This document shows, one piece after another, positions 59,324 to 64,000 of a DNA stretch of 64,000 nucleotides. The DNA lies in assembly GCA_028694995.1 (NCBI GenBank), contig JAQVJU010000001.1, positions 173,318 to 237,317 of the forward strand. The letters run 5' to 3'. A program made the translations under genes and the position numbers. Every line of letters begins with the position of its first letter. Position 1 is the first letter of the stretch. Origin of the DNA: Minisyncoccota bacterium. GTDB taxonomy: Bacteria > Patescibacteriota > Minisyncoccia > UBA6257. A model generated the notes under the pieces. It did no database searches. It was given only the letters and a program-made list of their open reading frames with translations, and was not told the DNA's origin.

Positions 59324-60298
59324 ATGAAAAGAATTTTAATATTATCTATTTTCCTGTTTTCTTTAATATTATTAGGAATTGTTTATTCAACTCGTTTTTA
59401 TTCTTTTGAAAAAGAAACAGAAGATCTTTCTTCAGAAATGCCTTTAGAAACGACGACCACGACAAAGGAAGAAACAGTTTTAGAGACAAAAATTTCTTTT
59501 TCTGCCCTGGAAGTTTATCAAGGAGATACATTAGTTATTGTTGCAGAAAATGTTCCAGACCAAGCAGTGGTTAGGGGAGAATTTGATTCTCAGGATTTGG
59601 AATTTTTTTCAATTGAAGGTAAGGATAAACTATTTTCTCTTTTAGGCATTGATGCTAAGAAATCACCTGGAGAATATATTTTATCAATTTTTCTTTCAGG
59701 AGAATTAATGCTTGAAGAGATTATAGAGGTGAAGAAAAGTGATTTTTATATTACTCAAATTGTAATTACTCCTGAATTGGAAGAAAAAGGATTAACCGCA
59801 GATAATATATCAAAAAATATTTCAACAAATGATGGGGTGATTGTTTATGAAATAGTTAACAAATACAATCCAGAGATATATTTTAATAAAAGTTTTGTTT
59901 ATCCTTTAGATGAATTAATTAATGTTGGCGCTTTTGGCAATATTAGAAAAGATAATGGAATAACAATTCAACATTTAGGAGTTGATTTAGATGCAGAACA
60001 AGGAACCCCAATTTATGCCATTAATGATGGTCAAGTGGTTTTTGCAGGAGAATTAACTGTTTATGGGAAAACTATCATTATTGACCATGGTTTAGGGATA
60101 TATTCTCTTTATCTTCATCTTTCTGAATTTAAAGCATCTAAAGGATTAATGGTTGAAAGAGGAGAAATAATAGGTTTAACTGGGAATACTGGTTGGTCAA
60201 CTGGGCCTCATCTGCATCTTTCTGTTAAGGCAAATAAGGCTAGTGTAGATCCTTTGAAGTTTATAGAGGGTTTTGATATAATTTTAAAAGAAGAATAA
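59324..60298 (+). CDS. M23-family (LytM-like) metalloendopeptidase with an N-terminal TM anchor
   Basis: HLGVDLDAEQGTPIYAINDG and GNTGWSTGPHLHLSV (HxxxD and HxH zinc motifs). Confidence 0.85.
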   Translation: MKRILILSIFLFSLILLGIVYSTRFYSFEKETEDLSSEMPLETTTTTKEETVLETKISFSALEVYQGDTLVIVAENVPDQAVVRGEFDSQDLEFFSIEGKDKLFSLLGIDAKKSPGEYILSIFLSGELMLEEIIEVKKSDFYITQIVITPELEEKGLTADNISKNISTNDGVIVYEIVNKYNPEIYFNKSFVYPLDELINVGAFGNIRKDNGITIQHLGVDLDAEQGTPIYAINDGQVVFAGELTVYGKTIIIDHGLGIYSLYLHLSEFKASKGLMVERGEIIGLTGNTGWSTGPHLHLSVKANKASVDPLKFIEGFDIILKEE

Positions 60299-60310
60299 AT
60301 ATTTAAAAAA

Positions 60311-61228
60311 ATGAATAAAACTTATTTAACAATTATTTTAATTTTATTAGGATTAATTTTACTTGGGACTGGTTATTATTTCCTAAATAAAGATGAAGGG
60401 ACAATAGTTTGCACACAAGAGGCTAAAGAATGCCCTGATGGTTCTTTTGTTAGTAGAAAACCTCCTAAATGTGAATTTGATTTATGCCCAGGAGAAGCAG
60501 AAGGAATTTTTGTTTTTTCTCCGAAGAAAGAAGAAACAATTAATAATCCTCTTAAAATAGCAGGACAAGCAAAAGGCTCTTGGTATTTTGAAGGTCAATT
60601 CAATGCTGAATTATATGATGAATATGACTATTTAGCAGGAACAGCAATTTTAACAGCCAAGGATAATTGGATGACTGAAGATTTTGTGGCTTTTGAGGGA
60701 GAATTAGAATTTTCTGGATTTTCTTCAGATACAGGATGGTTACGTTTTCTAAGTGCTAATCCTTCTGGCTTGCCTGAAAATCAGAAAATATATGAAATTC
60801 CTATTAAATTTGAAAGCCCTAAAACAAAGATTTTACTTTATTATTATAATCCAGAATTAGATAAAGATGCATCAGGTAATATTAAATGCAGTCGTGATGG
60901 TTTAGTGGCCATAGAAAAAGAAATTTCAGTTAACCAAACATCTATTCCAGAAGTTATAAATATTTTATTAAAAGGTAAAGAAAATTTATCTTCAGAGCAA
61001 TTAGCTGAAGGAATAACTACAGAATTTCCATTAGAAGGACTAATTCTTGAATCAACAGTTTTAAGAGCTGATGGTACTTTAGTTTTAACTTTTAATGATA
61101 CTTTGAATAAAACTTCTGGGGGTTCTTGTCGGGCTAGTGTTTTGTGGTTTCAAATAGAAGAAACAGCTAAACAATTTACTGATGTAGTAAGGGTAGAATT
61201 TGAACCAGAAGAAGTATTTCAACCTTAA
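60311..61228 (+). CDS. Secreted or anchored Gmad2/GerMN-like domain protein with a Cys-rich N-terminal segment
   Basis: TM anchor, then CTQEAKECPDGSFVSRKPPKCEFDLCPGE. A Gmad2-like segment (KIAGQAKGSWYFEGQF...FEGELEF) and a C-terminal GerMN-like ...GGSCRASVLWFQIEETAKQF follow. Confidence 0.45.
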   Translation: MNKTYLTIILILLGLILLGTGYYFLNKDEGTIVCTQEAKECPDGSFVSRKPPKCEFDLCPGEAEGIFVFSPKKEETINNPLKIAGQAKGSWYFEGQFNAELYDEYDYLAGTAILTAKDNWMTEDFVAFEGELEFSGFSSDTGWLRFLSANPSGLPENQKIYEIPIKFESPKTKILLYYYNPELDKDASGNIKCSRDGLVAIEKEISVNQTSIPEVINILLKGKENLSSEQLAEGITTEFPLEGLILESTVLRADGTLVLTFNDTLNKTSGGSCRASVLWFQIEETAKQFTDVVRVEFEPEEVFQP

Positions 61229-61255
61229 AAAATTAGAAAAACTTTTTATTTATAG

Positions 61256-61510
61256 ATGTTAATAAAAGTTAAAGTTATTTCCCGTTCTCGCAAACAAGGA
61301 GTGGTGAAAAAAGCCATGGATAGTTATGAAGTTAGAGTTAGGGCTAGACCTTTGCATGGTGAAGCTAATAAAGAAGCTAGAGAAGTTTTATCAAAATATT
61401 TTGAAATACCAGAGCGTCAGATAAAAATCATCAAGGGATTTAGACAGACAAATAAGATTTTCTCTGTGCCCTTGAACTTAGAAAATAATAAAAACAAGGT
61501 CGTAAAATAA
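61256..61510 (+). CDS. DUF167 (YggU/UPF0235) family protein
   Basis: 84 aa; KVKVISRSRKQGV...VRVRARPLHGEANKEAREVLSKYF matches the YggU pattern. Confidence 0.6.
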   Translation: MLIKVKVISRSRKQGVVKKAMDSYEVRVRARPLHGEANKEAREVLSKYFEIPERQIKIIKGFRQTNKIFSVPLNLENNKNKVVK

Positions 61511-61523
61511 TATAAAAATAAAT

Positions 61524-61769
61524 ATGGCAGAAATATTTACAGAATCAATGGCACTAAGTGCTGGTTTATTAGAAATAAATCCTTGGGTTATTGTTTTGAT
61601 TATGATTTGGGATATGGTTTGGAGAGGTATTGCTCTCTGGAAAGCAGCAAGAAACAATGATCAATGGTGGTACATAGCTTTAATGGTTGTTAATAGTATT
61701 GGGATTTTAGGAATAATTTATATTTTCCTTTTTAGTAAGAAAAAAGAATCAGTAGCTAAAGAACAATAA
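61524..61769 (+). CDS. Small hypothetical membrane protein (2 TM)
   Basis: 81 aa, hydrophobic, followed by a terminator. Confidence 0.4.
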   Translation: MAEIFTESMALSAGLLEINPWVIVLIMIWDMVWRGIALWKAARNNDQWWYIALMVVNSIGILGIIYIFLFSKKKESVAKEQ

Positions 61770-61783
61770 GGAAAAGCATTTAA

Positions 61784-61808
61784 AAAACGCCTGAATAAGG
61801 CGTTTTTG
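61784..61808 (+). terminator. Rho-independent terminator
   Basis: AAAAACGCC-TGAATAA-GGCGTTTTTG. Confidence 0.7.
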
Positions 61809-61836
61809 TTATTGTCTTTTATGATATAATAATCAT

Positions 61837-63039
61837 ATGAATTTATACAATAAACCTTTAGCTGATAGAATGAGGCCTAATTCTTTAGAAGATTTTTTAG
61901 GCCAGGATGATTTAGTTGGCAAAGGGAAATTATTAAGAAAAGCGATTGAGGCAGATAATATTCCTTCAATGATTTTTTGGGGGCCACCAGGAAGTGGAAA
62001 GACTACTTTAGCCTATATCATTGCTCAAAAAACCAAATCAGATTTTCAACAATTAAGTGCTGTTTCCAGTGGCCTAAAGGATTTAAGAGAGATTATCAAA
62101 CAAGCTGAAGTTAATAAAAGACTAGGGACTAAAACTATTCTTTTTATAGATGAAATTCATCGTTGGAATAAATCTCAACAGGATTCCTTATTGCCCAATA
62201 TAGAAAAGGGGGTGATTGTTTTAATTGGGGCGACTACAGAAAATCCTAGTTTTGAAATAGTTGGTCCTTTACTTTCTCGTTGTCGGGTTTTTGTTTTAAA
62301 ACAATTAGCAAAACCTCATTTAAAAAAAATAATCAAAAGGGCTGTTGAAGATAAAGAAAATGGAATAGGGAGATTGAAAATTAAAATAGATGATAAGACA
62401 ATTGAGTTAATAACAGAAATGAGTAATGGTGATGCACGGATTGCTCTTAATATATTAGAATATGCTTCTTCTTTGTCAAAAAATATAGATAAATCTATTG
62501 TTAAGCAAGCATTTCAAAAATCAAATTTGTTTTATGATAAAGATGGGGAAGAACATTATAATATAATATCTGCTCTTCATAAATCAATGCGTGGTTCTGA
62601 TCCCAATGCTGCTTTATATTGGTTGGCCAGAATGTTAGAAGCAGGGGAAGAACCATTATATATAGCTCGTCGTTTAGTACGTTTTGCCTCTGAAGATATT
62701 GGTTTAGCTAATTCTCAGGCTTTAGAGCAAGCAGTGGCTGCTTATCAAGCTTGTCATTTTATTGGTATGCCAGAGTGCAATGTTATCTTAGCTCAAGCAG
62801 TGGTTTATATGTCTAAATGCAAAAAATCTAATAATTTATACCAAGCTTATGAGCAAGCAGTTATTGATGTTAGAAAATATGGTAATCTACCAGTGCCTTT
62901 ACATATTCGTAATGCTTCAACTAAATTAATGAAAAAATTAGGTTATGGTAAAGGATATAAATACAGTCCAGATTATAATTATAAAGAAAAACAAGAATAT
63001 TTACCTAAAGAATTAAAAGATAGGAAATATCTTAAATAA
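61837..63039 (+). CDS. rarA: Replication-associated recombination protein A (RarA/MgsA AAA+ ATPase)
   Basis: FWGPPGSGKTTLA, FIDEIHRWNK, GATTENPSFEI, and the MgsA C-terminal helical domains. Confidence 0.9.
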   Translation: MNLYNKPLADRMRPNSLEDFLGQDDLVGKGKLLRKAIEADNIPSMIFWGPPGSGKTTLAYIIAQKTKSDFQQLSAVSSGLKDLREIIKQAEVNKRLGTKTILFIDEIHRWNKSQQDSLLPNIEKGVIVLIGATTENPSFEIVGPLLSRCRVFVLKQLAKPHLKKIIKRAVEDKENGIGRLKIKIDDKTIELITEMSNGDARIALNILEYASSLSKNIDKSIVKQAFQKSNLFYDKDGEEHYNIISALHKSMRGSDPNAALYWLARMLEAGEEPLYIARRLVRFASEDIGLANSQALEQAVAAYQACHFIGMPECNVILAQAVVYMSKCKKSNNLYQAYEQAVIDVRKYGNLPVPLHIRNASTKLMKKLGYGKGYKYSPDYNYKEKQEYLPKELKDRKYLK

Positions 63040-63080
63040 AAATTAATTTACAATAGGTGTTATTATTAATTAATAAAAGA

Positions 63081-63109
63081 CTTGACAAATCAAAAAAAAG
63101 GAGTTATAT
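63081..63109 (+). promoter_or_regulatory. Sigma70-like promoter TTGACA-17-TATATT with the shared upstream extension AAAGACTTGACAAAT
   Basis: A motif identical to the one at 5862-5876. An AAGGAG RBS lies 9 nt before the ATG at 63161. Confidence 0.4.
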
Positions 63110-63160
63110 TTAATATAATTCTTTGTACTTTTAAAATTAAAAAGAAAAGGAGTGAGAACA

Positions 63161-63877
63161 ATGAAACGAGTGTTATTGATTATATTTTTGATAGTTTTTT
63201 GTTTTAGTTTGAATGTTGAAGCAAGTTTGAAATTTGGGGATTGGGATAAATGGGATGAAGAGTTGCCTCCGTGGAATAATATAGGATGGAAAGAAAAAGA
63301 AAATTGGTCAATCTTTGCAAGTTATCCTTTATTACCAGGAAGCATAGTAAGATTTTATGTTGACGGAGATTGGGTAATGTTGAAGCTTGACGATAAACTA
63401 AATGAAAGTCAACTTTATAATGTGTTTTTTTTGTTAACACGTTTATCTTTTACGGATAAAAAAAATAAAGTTTCTATAGTTCTTTTATCCTCACTTCCTA
63501 TAGAAAAAATAAATTCACCATTAAAATTCCTCTGCACTGAAGAAGCTTTGAGGGTTGCAGAATTAGCTTTAGTGGTTTTTCCTCCCCAAAAAGGAGAAGT
63601 ATTAGTTTTGGCTTATAAGAAAAATAAAGAATTTTCTTCTTTAGTATTTTTAGAAAAATGGGTTGCTTTATTTAAGGATAATACAATTTTATTACCTGAG
63701 AATAATGATGGATTTAGGCAACAATACCAAAGCTGGATAGAAAAACAAAAGGTAGCCGAGACCTATCAATTGTTACCCAGATTAGTTATTACAAACGAAA
63801 AGAAAAAAGAGTTTTTGGTTGGAATTGGTTTGCAGATTTTAGAGAACAGTAAAATAAAAACAACAATTGTTTTTTAA
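63161..63877 (+). CDS. Hypothetical secreted protein (signal peptide)
   Basis: MKRVLLIIFLIVFCFSLNVEA signal peptide. I took the start at the ATG with the AAGGAG RBS rather than the upstream GTG of the ORF track. Confidence 0.5.
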   Translation: MKRVLLIIFLIVFCFSLNVEASLKFGDWDKWDEELPPWNNIGWKEKENWSIFASYPLLPGSIVRFYVDGDWVMLKLDDKLNESQLYNVFFLLTRLSFTDKKNKVSIVLLSSLPIEKINSPLKFLCTEEALRVAELALVVFPPQKGEVLVLAYKKNKEFSSLVFLEKWVALFKDNTILLPENNDGFRQQYQSWIEKQKVAETYQLLPRLVITNEKKKEFLVGIGLQILENSKIKTTIVF

Positions 63878-63889
63878 TTTTATGCTTAA

Positions 63890-63925
63890 GGAACAGAGAA
63901 ATCTCTGTTCCTTTTATTTTTATTT
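63890..63925 (+). terminator. Rho-independent terminator
   Basis: AAGGAACAGAG-AAAT-CTCTGTTCCTT followed by a T-rich run. Confidence 0.7.
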
Positions 63926-63940
63926 TGATAAATAACTAAC

Positions 63941-63968
63941 TTGACAAAATTTATCAATCCAATATACT
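63941..63968 (+). promoter_or_regulatory. Sigma70-like promoter TTGACA-16-TATACT for the next gene, which is truncated at the window end
   Basis: AACTTGACAAAAT...TATACT, with an ATG near 63996. Confidence 0.35.
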
Positions 63969-64000
63969 TAATATATAGAACTTAATAATAAAAAACATGA

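Noticed and set aside
1-64000. CRISPR arrays, transposases, integrases, prophage or toxin-antitoxin modules
   Set aside because: I saw no regularly spaced direct repeats and no recombinase or transposase-like ORFs. Apart from the motifs noted in the findings, the non-coding gaps are short promoter or terminator regions.

Overview
This window is an AT-rich, gene-dense bacterial chromosomal segment with no transposase or integrase genes and no CRISPR array. Almost all coding sequence is on the + strand, with three minus-strand islands: a tandem PilB-like ATPase; rplT-rpmI-infC-tmRNA-smpB; and pth plus an LCP-family gene.

Most of the content is core information processing. I identified rpoB/rpoC; polA; holA; mutM; rarA; ileS, hisS and aspS; tsaE; trmD; ybeY; rnc; nusB; ribosomal proteins S20, L20, L35 (not in the ORF track), L32, S21 and L28; IF3; SmpB plus tmRNA; and a tRNA-Pro(GGG). 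Also present are the division genes ftsA/ftsZ, the anaerobic ribonucleotide reductase pair nrdD/nrdG, a ComEC split into two genes, ClpB, HtrA, LepB, Pth, and several envelope proteins (LCP, M23 peptidase, a PG-binding metallopeptidase, a GerMN/Gmad2 protein).

The small proteins, a hinge-less mini-SMC, a short archaeal-type AspRS, the split ComEC, an archease-RtcB pair and an EndoQ-like nuclease together point to a reduced-genome, CPR/Patescibacteria-like organism. That taxonomic call is an inference, not something I can verify.

The observations most worth a second look are:
- a single 964-aa polypeptide made of two complete GspE/PilB ATPase units;
- a membrane-anchored Hsp100/Clp-like double-AAA+ protein whose first ATPase domain looks catalytically dead, sitting next to an EndoQ-like PHP nuclease;
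- an archease-RtcB RNA-repair pair in which RtcB is interrupted by a 1-nt frameshift in a T6 run;
- two GC-rich intergenic islands that look like structured RNAs;
- an FtsZ with a lysine-rich N-terminal extension.
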